NCBI GenBank assembly: GCA_051362555.1
Contig: CM120649.1
Span: 186,001 to 250,000 of the forward strand
Direction: 5' to 3'
Source of the DNA: Lingula anatina
Taxonomy: Eukaryota; Animalia; Brachiopoda
Length of the DNA stretch: 64,000 bases
The position numbers and the translations under genes were made by a program. The notes beneath the pieces are model-generated. The model searched no databases. It saw nothing but the letters and a program-made list of their open reading frames with translations, and was not told the origin of the DNA. Position 1 is the first letter of the stretch, and each line of letters begins with the position of its first letter. This document shows, piece after piece, positions 51,675 through 64,000 of this stretch.

Positions 51675-52036
51675 TCTAGCTATGACTTGTGACAGGAACA
51701 ATCACCTGTTCCAATAGCGCGTACTTGGCCTTGTAAGTCTAGATGACCTACTTTGGTCTCATGTCTTTCTAACGCTCAGGGGTAAGCTCGCTCTGGCACA
51801 AGGTGTTGTATAATTAGCAACTGATAGGAAATTTGGACAAAGATAACCGTCTAGTCATGAAACATTCCCCTTTGCGCTGAAATATCGCTTCTATAAATGT
51901 TGATACAGATGGAATCACTATACTTACTCGTACAGTGGCAGAGGCACAGAAATTAAATTTAATTTAATGTTTTAACAAATATTTTAAAAATCGCCCAGAT
52001 TAATGATAAGCTATATACATATATACCTCGAGCTCA

Positions 52037-52351
52037 CTTTCCCATTTATGGAAAGTGGAGTTTTGGAGATCGGGCTTTTATAATCTATGCCCCCAAATTA
52101 TGGAATGCCTTACCAAATTTTATTAGAAAAGCAGACGAATTTGACAGTTTTAAATCCCTTCTTAAAAGTCACATTTTTAAATCTGTCTTTATCTCTTAGG
52201 TTTTTAATATATGTTAATAATGTTTTTAGTAGTGTTAATTTTAAATGGTTTCCAAGTGTTTTAGATTTAAATATTGTAGATTTTAATGATTTTAGTTATA
52301 TTATTCATTATTGTAAGGCGCCTTGAGGTAGCACGTAAAGCGCCATATAAG

Positions 52352-52393
<42 letters not shown>
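52037..52393 (+). mobile_element. 5'-truncated L2/CR1-group LINE 3' end with (ATT)n tail
   Basis: Translates GDRAFIIYAPKLWNALP, typical of the L2/CR1 ORF2 C-terminus, then a GGCGCCTTGA..AAAGCGCC stem-loop and (ATT)n. Absent from the paralogous region upstream of esterase copy 5 (~56250-56285). Confidence 0.75.
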
Positions 52394-53574
52394 TAGAATC
52401 CTGTAACACATTTCCTTGGGTCAAGTGAGTGACGGGTTTTAGGGGGTATAGAAGTCATTTTCGGTACAAGTATAGCGATTAGCGATGTGACAGAGAGTCC
52501 CCCATGATATTCAACCCTATTTGACCCACTTACTAGTACGTCAGGCTTACCCTATCCTGCATAATTAAATGGAGGGTGGAATCTCTCTTACAAGGACCCT
52601 CAGTTTCCTCTCAGATGCCACATCAGATTTATATGCATTGTTAAGTTTTCGTAAGAGAGCGCAGCACGGTCTCTCAAGTTTAACTTCGACGTAAATGTGA
52701 GCTTTCATTTTCAAAACATGTAAAAAGTCTTTTCTCCAATGGACTTTCGTCTTGTAGAGGGCATATCTTCATTTTTTCATTTTTAAATCAAAATTAAATT
52801 ATATGTACAAATGACACAAAACATCGTATCCTTGTGCCAACACTGGCCGAGCAGTGAATGTGATTTGTGGCCAAAATTAATTATTTTTTTACGCAGCAAA
52901 TTATACTTGACAAGAAACCCCTAATAGCATATCTTTAATAAAATACCGGTGTTTTTAAAGAATCGCAGACTTTTTCATTTTGCAAATTAAGAATAGGCAT
53001 CGCATAATATTAATGTTCTTTTTTCAGAAAACTTATAAAACTAAAAGATGAAATGCACAATGTATCGATTTTCTCTTTAGTTGAAAATCAAAATACGTAT
53101 CTACATTGATATATCTTTTTCTTTTATTTCATTCATTTAATATAACATATATTATCATTGCCCAATGAAGTTTTTTTTTTTCACAAAGCTAGTCTTTTAC
53201 AAACAAAATGATGAGTGTTAATCATTGAAGTTTTCGCAAGAGATAACATACACTTATTATTTTCACATGTACCTATAGTGAATGTGGACTTTTTTATTTC
53301 ATTACCTATGTCAAAATAAACATTCATTTTAAAACTGAAGATAAACCTACAGGGCATTAAGCATTTTTCATCTTTATACAAAAGTTAATGTCAATTTTGT
53401 TCTCCTTCATTATATGAGTTACGAAGTGTACATACATAGTTTTATTTTCTTGTACGAAATAAATCGCATTCCATCATTTTGAATTATCTTTGGGCGGGAA
53501 CATGTTTGATCGCAACTATGAGATATACTATTTTTTTTCTTTTTGTACTGCAAGATATACGTAAATTTTCTAAT

Positions 53575-55615
53575 TTACAGTTCTGTCTTTTGTTTAATTG
53601 CTCGTTCTCTTTCTATTTCCTCAGGGATCGTAAACATCCACAGCTTCATCCTCTCTGGTAGTAAATTGTATCCCATCTCAGATTGTATGCCAATGTTGAT
53701 GTAGCCTTTCTTGTCCTTGGTGAACTCCTCCCATGTTGCCACGCCCTCTAGGGGAAGTCCTTGATTTGGATTTCTGAAAAGAAAACGTACAAATTTGCTG
53801 TATTTATCATTATTATTATAAGAAACAAACAATACTTTGCGTGGGACATGTCTCAGAGGAAAACGTTTTCAGCTTTAAAGTAATTTTTTGTGATGCACTG
53901 CATCTTTTAAACACTTCTGAATTTAAATCAAATAAAAGCCGGGCAGTGGCCTAATATAGCACTTTCTCTACATGTATTATAAAAATAATTTTCAAAATAT
54001 CAGTTTACCCTGTTTTGGCAAAGTTGGTCCAAAACGTCATCACAGTATTAGCAGCGATTTGGTCCTCCTCAGACCACTCAAATTCCACGCCCTCATTGAC
54101 GATATTTGTTCCAAAGAGTAAAGGTAGTTCATCCCCGTGTGCGGCACACCTCGTCCAAGATGGGAGACTGAAGCCTATTAAGTAGTCAACGGCGTTTTTT
54201 CCACTCAATACGTGACTGACGAGGTAGGCATAGGTAGCGGATTTCTGGGTGTCAGTTTTTGATCTCAAGTGGGCCAGGGATGATTCTACAACATGCTGGT
54301 GGAAAATAGCATCAGAAAATAAATCTCGCATGGCGAGAGTATTTTCAATTGGGTCAGTTTTGTGTGTGTACATTTCATGAATATGCTTTTGCACCGTTTT
54401 TATACTATCTGGAAACATTGATTTCAGCACCGGAAGAACTAGATTTTTGTCAATTATCTCGGCTGGTATCCCGGATGTTATGTTGAACTCGAAAGCTTGT
54501 TGCAGCATGGCGGCAGAGTACAACATGAGGTTGCCTTCGTCAGCAAGAGATCCCACCATCCAATCGATTTTACTAAATGCCGCATCCATTTCTGGACTGG
54601 GTTTGGACTTGGAAACTGAAAAATAGTCCTTCATCCCATATGGAACAAAGTCTCCATCTTCTGTTGGAGCAAAAGCCATTTCAAACTCTACATCTTCTTT
54701 TGTAAGGTCTGGTTGCACTAACTCGCTAGTTTTATTCATCAGATCTTCTGCGGAAACCAGGCGGAGACAATTGACCAATTTCAGAGTGTCGGAAAGATCT
54801 TCGTTATCAGAAGTGTTACAATTGAGTTTGCGAGCCATTTTCTTAGTTGTAAGAAGAGGATTCCTCGATAACGCAAATCCGTTGCTAAATGTCGGCGGAC
54901 TCTGGCTGATGGCACGTTTAACCAGCCCAATGTTATATTTAGTCACTGCCTGATGTTGTACACTAGAACCACCGGCAGATTCACCAAATATGGTAATACT
55001 TTCTGGGTCACCACCAAATGTTGAGATGTGTTCTTTGACCCATTTCAAGGCCTCGTGCTGATCCCACAGCCCAATGTTGCTTGGTGCATTTTCGTCCAGC
55101 GTTGTTAAAAACCCAAAAACAGTCAGTCTGTAGTTGATTGTGACGCATACAATATCACCATGCAGAGCCAATTCTTCGCAGGGGGTCGCCATACCCTGGC
55201 CGATCGCGTAGCCACCTCCGTGTATCCAGACCATCACCGCTTTAGGGGCATTATTTTCTGATACAGGGACGTACACATTAAGACTGAGGCAATCTTCTGA
55301 CACATCAGTGTGTTGTAGCATGTCTGCCATCCCGGGAAATAGAATCTGCATACAAGATGGTCCGTACTCAGTAGCAGCTAGAGTACGCGTCCATGGCTTT
55401 TTGGGTACTGGCTTTCGGAAGCGGAGATGTCCAAGGGGAGGTTCTGCATATGGTACGCCCAGGTAGACATCTATCTCCTTTCCCTTCATCGTTTCTCTCT
55501 TTCCTTGAATTTTACCGAGCTTGGTTTCCAAAATCTCAGCATGGCTAGTTACGATCATAAAAAACACAGCTAAAATACACGAAGCCAGCAAAGAACGCTT
55601 AAGTGAGACACCCAT
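53575..55615 (-). CDS. Type-B carboxylesterase copy 5
   Basis: Exon 1 55615-54009 (MGVSLKRSLLASCILAVFFMIVTSHA), exon 2 53773-53575. Intact; GESAG, ADEG, AAHGDE; KTEL. Confidence 0.93.
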
Positions 55616-56445
55616 TCTAGCAACGAGTTGTGACACCAACTTGGCCTTGTAAGTCTAGATAACCTACTTTAGTCTCTTGTCTTTCTATCGCTCAGGTGTA
55701 AGCTTGCTCTGGCACGAGTTGCTTTATAATCAGAAACTAGTAGGAAATCTGGGCAAAAATAGACGTCTAGTCATGAAACATTTCCCTTGCGCTGAAATAA
55801 CGCTTCTATAAAAGATTATATTTTCTTTGGGTTCCCTTTTATGGTAAATATGCCGCAGCTTTCCCATATAGGACCAGCGCCCTATATATTGGCACCGTGA
55901 TCGTGTGACAGGCAGAGTACATATATTGACCTTTATTGACAATTATTCAACATGACCCTAACAACAGTTTGTGGTTTGTGTACTGTTTATACATTAGCAC
56001 ATTCAGAAAACATCAGTCTCCTGTAATCCACGTTTCTACAATGATATGAACATTTGCTGATCCCTACTGTATGTATACACAAGTAAGCTGTCAGTATATG
56101 CTCTAAGATGACAAATGGAATACAAATTGGGATGCTGGGGCAGATGAAGTCACAAGACATACTCGTATAGCGGCAGAGACAAAGACATTAAATGGGGATA
56201 TTTTAACAATTTTTTAAAATCGCCATAATGATTAAACATATACATACATACCTGTAGTTCAGCTACATATTTTTACTGAAAATCCTGTTCCTCGGGCCAT
56301 GTAAGAGACGCGTTTTGATGTATAGACATCATTTTTGCTACTAGTATAGCGATTTGTAATGTGACAGGGAGTCCCCCATGACAGAGAGTCTGGTCCCCAT
56401 TAATTTGCTTAGATCGCCCTAGTTTTGACCCACTAGTACGGCAGG

Positions 56446-56910
56446 TTTACCTATCCTGTATAATTTAATGTTGGGTGGACTCTCTGTTACACGGACCCTC
56501 AGTTTACCCTATCCTGTATAATTTAATGTTGGGTGAACTCTCTGTTACACGGACCCTCAGTTTACCCTATCCTGTATAATTTAATGTTGGGTGGACTCTC
56601 TGTTACACGGACCCTCAGTTTACCCTATCTTGTATAATTTAATGTTGGGTGGACTCTCTGTTACACGGACCCTCAGTTTACCCTATCCTGTATAATTTAA
56701 TGTTGGGTGGACTCTCTGTTACACGGACCCTCAGTTTACCCTATCCTGTATAATTTAATGTTGGGTGGACTCTCTGTTACACGGACCCTCAGTTTACCCT
56801 ATCCTGTATAATTTAATGTTGGGTGGACTCTCTGTTACACGGACCCTCAGTTTACCCTATCCTGTATAATTTAATGTTGGGTGGACTTTCTGTTACACGG
56901 ACCCTCAGTT
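56446..56910. repeat. 58-bp x8 tandem array derived from the right end of the MITE-like repeat
   Basis: TTTACCCTATCCTGTATAATTTAATGTTGGGTGGACTCTCTGTTACACGGACCCTCAG at 56446, 56503, 56561 ... 56851. Confidence 0.95.
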
Positions 56911-57156
56911 TCGTCTCAGATGCTTACATCAGATTTACGTTGATAAAGTAGCGCAACACGGTCTCTCGAATTTAACTTTGACTCAAATAAGAGTATTAAT
57001 TGACAAAAACATGGGGTAACCTTAGTCCTTTCTTTAACGGGCTTTCATCTTGTAGAGGCCATATCACAAAAACAAAAGGCTTGATGAAAAACAGACATCG
57101 CAAAAGAAAAAACCTCTTCTCTGCCAAAATGTCATCCTCTTGACTGACACTACAGA

Positions 57157-57549
57157 TGTAATTAACGCTCTGCCTGGCGTTGGGGGAGCACGAGGCAGTC
57201 TGTCCGTCACAAACTGTTTAAGCACCTTACATCTCAGTTATGGCTTAACCGTGTTTATTTACTTACGTCATTGCCAAGTCACTTTATCAAACAACTCACA
57301 GATACAGTTTATTTGAACTGGAACACTGCACTTTAAGAAAGATTCAAGTTAAAGCCAAACAGTAATTACTATATCTATACACACAACTGACCTCAGATAA
57401 CATGAAAGCGTGTACACAAATACTCAAGTCGTCTGGCATAGGGGCCGTTACCAATGTACTTTGTCGATCTAGCTAATGCGCACCAACTCCGCGGGGACTC
57501 TCACTGAATGCAATCAGGTTAACAGATTCTCACACCACCTCTTTTTTTC
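57157..57549 (-). mobile_element. Possible LTR remnant with polypurine tract
   Basis: On -: GAAAAAAAGAGGTGG, then TGTGAG... (57534) ending ...TTACA (57157), with an internal AATAAA. No partner LTR or coding region seen. Confidence 0.3.
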
Positions 57550-59684
57550 AAGTTCTACTCAACATAAAGGGGGGGGGCGCGTTCGTGTTAGTCAGCTAGT
57601 AGTTAATCTCCTCACGCACGGACTCCCACATTTTCCCCATTTTTTGGCCGTAGACCACAAGTAGCAGCCCGTGCGTTCGGTTGGGACCTAGGCTTAAGTA
57701 GATAAACTCAGATTCAAGGATAGGACTTAAGATCACAATGAATCCTAATTATGCAATATCTTTACTGATTCAATTTAAATTCTATATATCTCTCATTAAT
57801 CAACATTGACTTGATAGTGGGCTGTGACATGGGGCGATATTTCACTGTTATATACTCAGGGTGAAAAAGACGGGTTTGCATACCTTAAACTGAGACTCCC
57901 CCCCCCCCCCCCCCCCCCCCCGTAGGCCTTAAGACACCGATCTCGTAGGTCCTGGCTGAGTCATCCTTATCGTCTGGTTCCCCACCAAAGTCGAGCCAGA
58001 TAACCTTGTTAGCCAAACATAATATTAAATGGTCTTATTTGGTTACAGTTAAAACGCTATGTACTTCGTACTCGAATGCATACGTACGTGACTTATTCTA
58101 TAGACCAGAGACTAAAATCTGAACACTTTATTTGTAAATGAAAACGCCCCCCGCACCGCCCCTTTTCAAATCAAAATGTCGTATCCATCCCCCATCCCTT
58201 ATCAATGGGAGAGAAAATGTCGACCAGTGCATTGCAGAATTTACCGTCTACCAAGGCCGCCGCTATTTTAATAATTATAATATTAAAATATGTGGACATT
58301 TTCTCTGAGGTCACAGTACGGAGGATAACCGTCAATTAAACCTGAGAAATATCTGTGAATATCCAGTGAAAAATCAATATTCGGCCCTGATGAAGGGCAT
58401 GTAAACTTGGTGAAAAAATTAGATTGCATCCGGCTTCGACCCATCGAACTATTTAACGTTTGTTTCATGGGTCCTAGATTATGCCCTTTCTTCTTTTAGA
58501 AATAAATTCTTCACAGACGGTGGGTTGTCCACCCCCAAAACCCCCTCATAACGACACCCTGGAGCTATAGTGCATAAATCCCATTTATGAAAAGTTTGGA
58601 TTCTATTTCAAATCAACTATTTATCGCGCTTTTCATTTCATTTTATCTTTAAACATACTGTATATAATATGTTCAGTTACTTTGTTAATAATTTTTCTGT
58701 AAATACCGGCACTTCAAATGAATGAAAAAATATTATGAATTCCTGTTGATTCTACAAATTTTCTCAATTAGAATCAATTTAAAACTTGGAAAATCTGTTT
58801 TTTGCATAAGTGAAGGGTACTACTATAACCAGCATCTCATTTTTAATAAACTGAAAGTGGATGATGCCAATCCTAAGAACATATTTCAATATCATAAAAG
58901 GTACACCATTAGAACAGAGAAATCACTGTAACCTTTACAAGTTTTATTTATATCTTACTTTCATTTTTTCTGCATGATCGTTAAGATGTAGAAAAATGAA
59001 GCATTAAATAAAGGCAAAGTTTGCCCCTTGCCTAAATGGCTTATTTATCAACAATCTGTCACTTTGTGAACTATAAAAAGAACTTTCTTCCCCACATCAG
59101 AGATTGATAACTACAAAAATAAGTTTCTAAAATTGTCTTCTTCATCTTTTACATTACATATCATTATAACTGCTTTAACATTGCATAAAAAATTGAAGTT
59201 TATATTAAAAAAACAAACAAATAAATAATTGAAGATAAATTATTACAGCTCCAGCAAAAAATGAAACCTTTTTCAATGTGCTTTAAACAGTTGTAAGTCT
59301 AGACTGATCATGCTTTTGTACTTCATCTGTTAATAAGACATGATTTTCAAACTCTATAATTCACTTTGCAACAGAAAATAATGACATTTCATTTTTTGAC
59401 AATTATTTTCATCTCTCTGTGCCAGACTCAGGCACAAACAAATATGTTGGTGTTGCTGAACTAACTGTGGCAAACCTACTATTAGTACATTGGTCAGCAC
59501 CAGGACTTTAACGCTGATCCTAACGACCTTCACCTGACCTTCCACTATCCTCGTACTCTCTCCAACTCCATAAAACATCCACATCTCCAGAAACCTGATT
59601 CTCTACAATTTCCCCTCTGACTTGTACCTCCATTACATATCAGCATCCTCATTGTCAACTTAAACACACAAATTCTCCTCACTG

Positions 59685-61181
59685 TCAAGTATTAGTATTA
59701 TTATTATTCCCAGTGTTCTGTGATCCCGGCATCACTAAGAACTTGGGTGTAGAGGTACTAATGGTGGTAGCGCCAGCACTCTGAGTATTTGTCACCACCC
59801 TCACTACAGTCTGTGTGGGAGTGAAAGACCCTGAGACACTGGTCAATGTGGAGGAGCCCCCCTGGGTCAGGATCACATACTTCTGGGATGCCCCAGGGGT
59901 GGTTGGGGTCCCTGGGGTACGGTTGATAAGACTACTGGAGGTCTGGAAGGTCCTGGGGGTGGTAGGGGTGCGAGGCAGGCTGCTCCCCAGGGATGTCTGG
60001 ACAAGAAGCTGTGGTTTCTGCTAAAAAAAAAAGAAAAAAAAAACATCACTTAATTTTTAAACATTTATGACACAAAGGATGTTACTGTGTGGCATTAGAA
60101 AATATGAGAAAGTTTTTTCTACCATTTTGGTATAGAATGATACTGAGACAGATCATGTGACAAGTTCAAAACAACCTGCTTCAGTCTAAATATTTCTGCT
60201 CCAAAAGGTGTCATGTCACACTTCTCTCATAAATATGTGATTTTTTCAATGAATTTCTTCACTTGAAAGCAGTCCTAGAAAACTAAAATGTGTTGGAGTA
60301 AAAGCAGACAAAAACTTATTTGTATTGGAGCAAAAATAAACCTACACTTTCTTCTCTTGGAGAGAAAACAGGTCTAAGTACCTACCTGTGTTAGTTTGAC
60401 CATGGACCTTAACCTACCTGTGTTAGTGTGACCGTGGGCCTTAACCTACATGTGTTAGTGTGACCGTGGGCCTTAACCTACATGTGTTAGTGTGACCGTG
60501 GGCCTTAACCTACCTGTGTTAGTGTGACCGTGGGCCTTAACCTACATGTGTTAGTGTGACCGTGGGCCTTAACCTACATGTGTTAGTGTGACCGTGGGCC
60601 TTAACCTACCTGTGTTAGTGTGACCGTGGGCCTTAACCTACCTGTGTTAGTGTGACCGTGGGCCTTAACCTACCTGTGTTAGTGTGAAAGTGGACCTTAA
60701 CCTACCTGTGTTAGTGTGACTGTGGACCTAGACTTACCTGTGTTAGTGTGACCGTGGGCCTAGACTTACCTGTGTTAGTGTGACCGTGGGCCTAGACTTA
60801 CCTGTGTTAGTGTGACCGTGGGCCTAGACTTACCTGTGTTAGTGTGACCGTGGGCCTTAACCTACCTGTGTTAGTGTGACCGTGGGCCTAGACTTACCTG
60901 TGTTAGTGTGACCGTGGGCCTAGACTGACTGGAAGTGGTGGCTGGCTGTTGTCTTAACTTGGTGACACTCAGGTAAAGTAGGTTGCCTAGGAAACCATAC
61001 TCTTCTTTATACTCTTCCACATTATCTGGTGGTTTTCTTATTGTCTTTAAAACTGGACTAACAAGTTTCTGAAAAGAGAAAATATAAATTGTTAAATTTT
61101 ATGAGCTACTACAGTCAATTTTTAAGAGGTGCACAAAAAATAACACTCTCCTCTGTAAACAATAGTGAGTGTACACATATA

Positions 61182-61235
<54 letters not shown>

Positions 61236-62175
61236 AAAAGAAAACAGAAATAGTGGAGTAAATTTTAAAAAGGTACACAAAAATTAACAAGGGTAGTGAG
61301 TGTACACGTTTTCTTAAATCTCTCTCTCTCTAAGAAGAAATCACAGAAATAGTGGAGTCATTATATGTATATCAGTACCTGGACTTGTGAACAAAATATC
61401 AAGTTTTGATATGCCCCCCTACTCACCACCAGCTGTGTCTTGATATGGTCCCCAGAGATCCTGTCTACACTGTTCACTAGGGCACCCTCAGTGAGACTCT
61501 TGATTCTACCTCCCTCTATCTTCAACCTTGGAATTATGAATGCTTTGATAACCTGGAGTGTTAAAAACAAAACACCTGCAGTCTCTTTACTTATGTATGA
61601 TAAAAATTACAAATGATAGTGACCTATTTCACACCAGCAATTCAACAAGAAATATATTTTAATGTTAGACTGGGTCCCCATCCCTAAATGGATTTAACAG
61701 GATTGGTCCATTTCCACAGGGTCCCTTGCTAAATTGCTCTCAGCTCAAGCGGCTTAGATGTCTGGAAGGCCAACTAAAGCTGCTTAACAATAGTTTATTA
61801 CCCCTATCAGACTAAGCAGGCATGACAGACATCTAGGCCGCCCAAGTTAATTGCTATTAAACGAGAGATAGTTTGATCTATAGTTAGTATGATAGTCTCT
61901 GGGAATGGTCTCTTAGCAGTTGCTGAAGAATGGTTCTAAACACAGTACATATGATATCTATAGTCACATCAAAGTAAGTCGAATGAATAAACTTTTCAAA
62001 CTACAAGCAAAAGTATCTTGCACCAAATAAGGCTGGTCTCACCTCAGGTCCCAGTTCAGCCAGTCCAGATATGGCCCCGTAATGTGAGGCGAGTGGGGCC
62101 TTCTCATTCTGCAGGGTAGCACTCAACATCTTAGTAATGCGGGTCTGGATGCCATTAGTACTGGTACTAAAGTTT
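59685..62175 (-). CDS. TAF6: Transcription initiation factor TFIID subunit 6, last four exons; 5' exons beyond the window
   Basis: Exons 62175-62043, 61552-61427, 61068-60898, 60020-59685 (TGA). The peptide NFSTSTNGIQTRITK...[31 protein letters not shown]...DRISGDHIK...RKPPDNVEEYKEEYGFLG matches the TAF6 C-terminal HEAT region as I recall it, followed by an S/T/P-rich tail. Minus-strand AATAAA at 58943-58948. Confidence 0.9.
60381..60925 (-). repeat. 32-bp x17 tandem repeat of a TAF6 exon end plus splice donor
   Basis: Minus-strand unit AGTCTAGGCCCACGGTCACACTAACACAG|GTA and variants; the first unit is the coding exon end (SRPTVTLTQ). Confidence 0.95.
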
Positions 62176-62551
62176 CTACAAACATTTAACAACTAATAAG
62201 TTACTATCACAATGATAATGTCATATAGTATGTGTATTTGTATCAGAAATGCTTGACTTAATATATGCAGAACATTAATTCAACTGTGATTTTATTCATG
62301 TTCATTTTTCAGTATACAAAACTGACGATCTTATAATAATTCATTATTTTGTAAAAAGATGAAAAATATAAAATAATAAAATCAAGTAACTTAACCACAG
62401 CTAAACAAGAATAATAATAACCAAAAAAGATAAACTACAAATAGGATAAAAACTTTATATGTTTATCTATAAAAAATAATCATGCCAAGGATATTTCATC
62501 AATTTACTTTAACCCAGGTTTCTTCAATGTATTAACATTCCATAATCATCA

Positions 62552-62585
<34 letters not shown>

Positions 62586-64000
62586 AGTCATTCTTTGCTA
62601 GTGGTGCACTGCGGGGGGACCATAACAAGAATGTAATTTAAATTTAGATAGCCGACCAAATTCTCATGACATCGTTGTGTATGTTTCAATAACAAATCAA
62701 AGAAGCTGCATGAGCAAGGAGGATGTTGTTATAAAAGCAAAAAAAGAGAAAAAGCAGAAAATATATCGAAATTACCCTCAAAATGGCGTCCTTTTTTGTG
62801 GAATTTCGACCCTACCTCTATTTAGGAACAGTTTGTTTAGGGTTTGAATGAATTATTGAAGCAGGGAATACACCTACTGCAAGAAGATATAATAAACAGA
62901 ATGTGCAAATGGTTATTTAAATAAAAATTTATTTGAAGTCACTGAAAAATGATCACAAAATTAGCTTAACTTACGATACATGCGGTGTCCCACCCCGATG
63001 AAAATTTCATCTAATCCTATCTTTCCGTATTAAAACTGTTAAATCGTCCAAAGTAGTATGTCGGTTAGTTTGTGTCACGAAATCCATGATAATATCAGTT
63101 TTCTTAAGAATTTCACATTTATTGCTCAGCAAGGTCGATTTTTCTTCACCGCGTCCCAATATAACGTTCGCAACGCTGAAACTTCAGAGATCGATTCTTA
63201 TCAGACGACTTTAAAATGCCGCGTGAAAATTATACATCGATAGCGATCTTCTTCCATACTCACTAACTGATGACGTCTTACACACGAATGGCTTCTTTTG
63301 CACACTAAAAAAACCAGCTCAAACTGGCGGGTGGCCCATTCTGATAACACGTCACGCAATGACGCTGTCGAGATAGGATGCAGGGCACAGGTGTAATTCC
63401 CTCGATTTAACCGTCACAGGATTGTTTATTGGGATCTTCTTTGTATGAAGGTGAGAAATAATGAGTTTCGTTTCATTTTTCTTCAATTGTTTCAACATAT
63501 TTGTGTACCGATTGATTTTTACCATTCTATAAGTAGGGTGACTTCGTCTGAACTTTCGTTTTGCGTCTGTGTCACATGGGGGACTAAAGGTCGGGGTCTG
63601 CCATATAGATAAACGTCCCAATAAAATATTCGCCCCGATAGATACGTCTCTATATATACACGTCTCAATAGATGTACGTCTCGTTAAATTTATGTTCCGA
63701 TAGATCCACCAACAGATTCCTATAAACCCACGTATCTTTAGATCCAGGTACCGCTAGATCCATCTATCTGACATCGTAATCGGCTAAAAGGCCCATATCA
63801 ACTTGCGTTGTGAAATTTAGAACACATTTTTATGTTCTTTTTTTGTTTTGTTTTGTTTAGAACACATTTACATGTAAATTCAGAACACTTTTTACGTGTT
63901 CGAATGTTGCATTTTGAGAACGCTTTAAACAGTGTTCTGACGCTAGAACAGTAATTAAGCGTTGTGAAATATAGAACACACTTTTGTTCTTTTTATGTTC

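Noticed and set aside
40545-55615. Calling the esterases acetylcholinesterase or neuroligin
   Set aside because: They lack the AChE choline-binding Trp motif (as in GxEMWN) and, unlike neuroligins, keep the catalytic Ser and have no transmembrane tail; only family-level assignment is supportable.
62584-64000. Possible TA-flanked DNA transposon start (TACAGTC...) and short repeats in the TAF6 intron
   Set aside because: No matching terminal inverted repeat or transposase ORF visible within the window.

Overview
AT-rich eukaryotic genomic DNA with GT-AG introns, probably from a lophotrochozoan such as a mollusc (inferred from repeat types and gene content; the organism cannot be identified from the window). 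Left to right: (1) the 3' part of MED12 on + (15 exons resolved, stop at 22272), with introns holding Helentron/HINE-like elements and satellites; (2) a ~4.5-5.2 kb segmental triplication (22683-37147) that copies the probable MED12 3'UTR end plus a complete 3-exon minus-strand gene, giving three diverged paralogs of an unrecognised 133-aa, probably secreted protein with 10 Cys ending CGPNYCCCRSK, which the ORF track misses because its exons are short; (3) five tandem two-exon type-B carboxylesterases on -, all ending KTEL, two with single frameshifts and one apparently chimeric; (4) the 3' end of TAF6 on -. A recurring oddity is tandem duplication across 5' splice sites, seen twice in MED12 and as a 17x 32-bp array in TAF6, which creates decoy donors downstream of in-frame stops. 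All gene models were derived by eye; no database searches were run.
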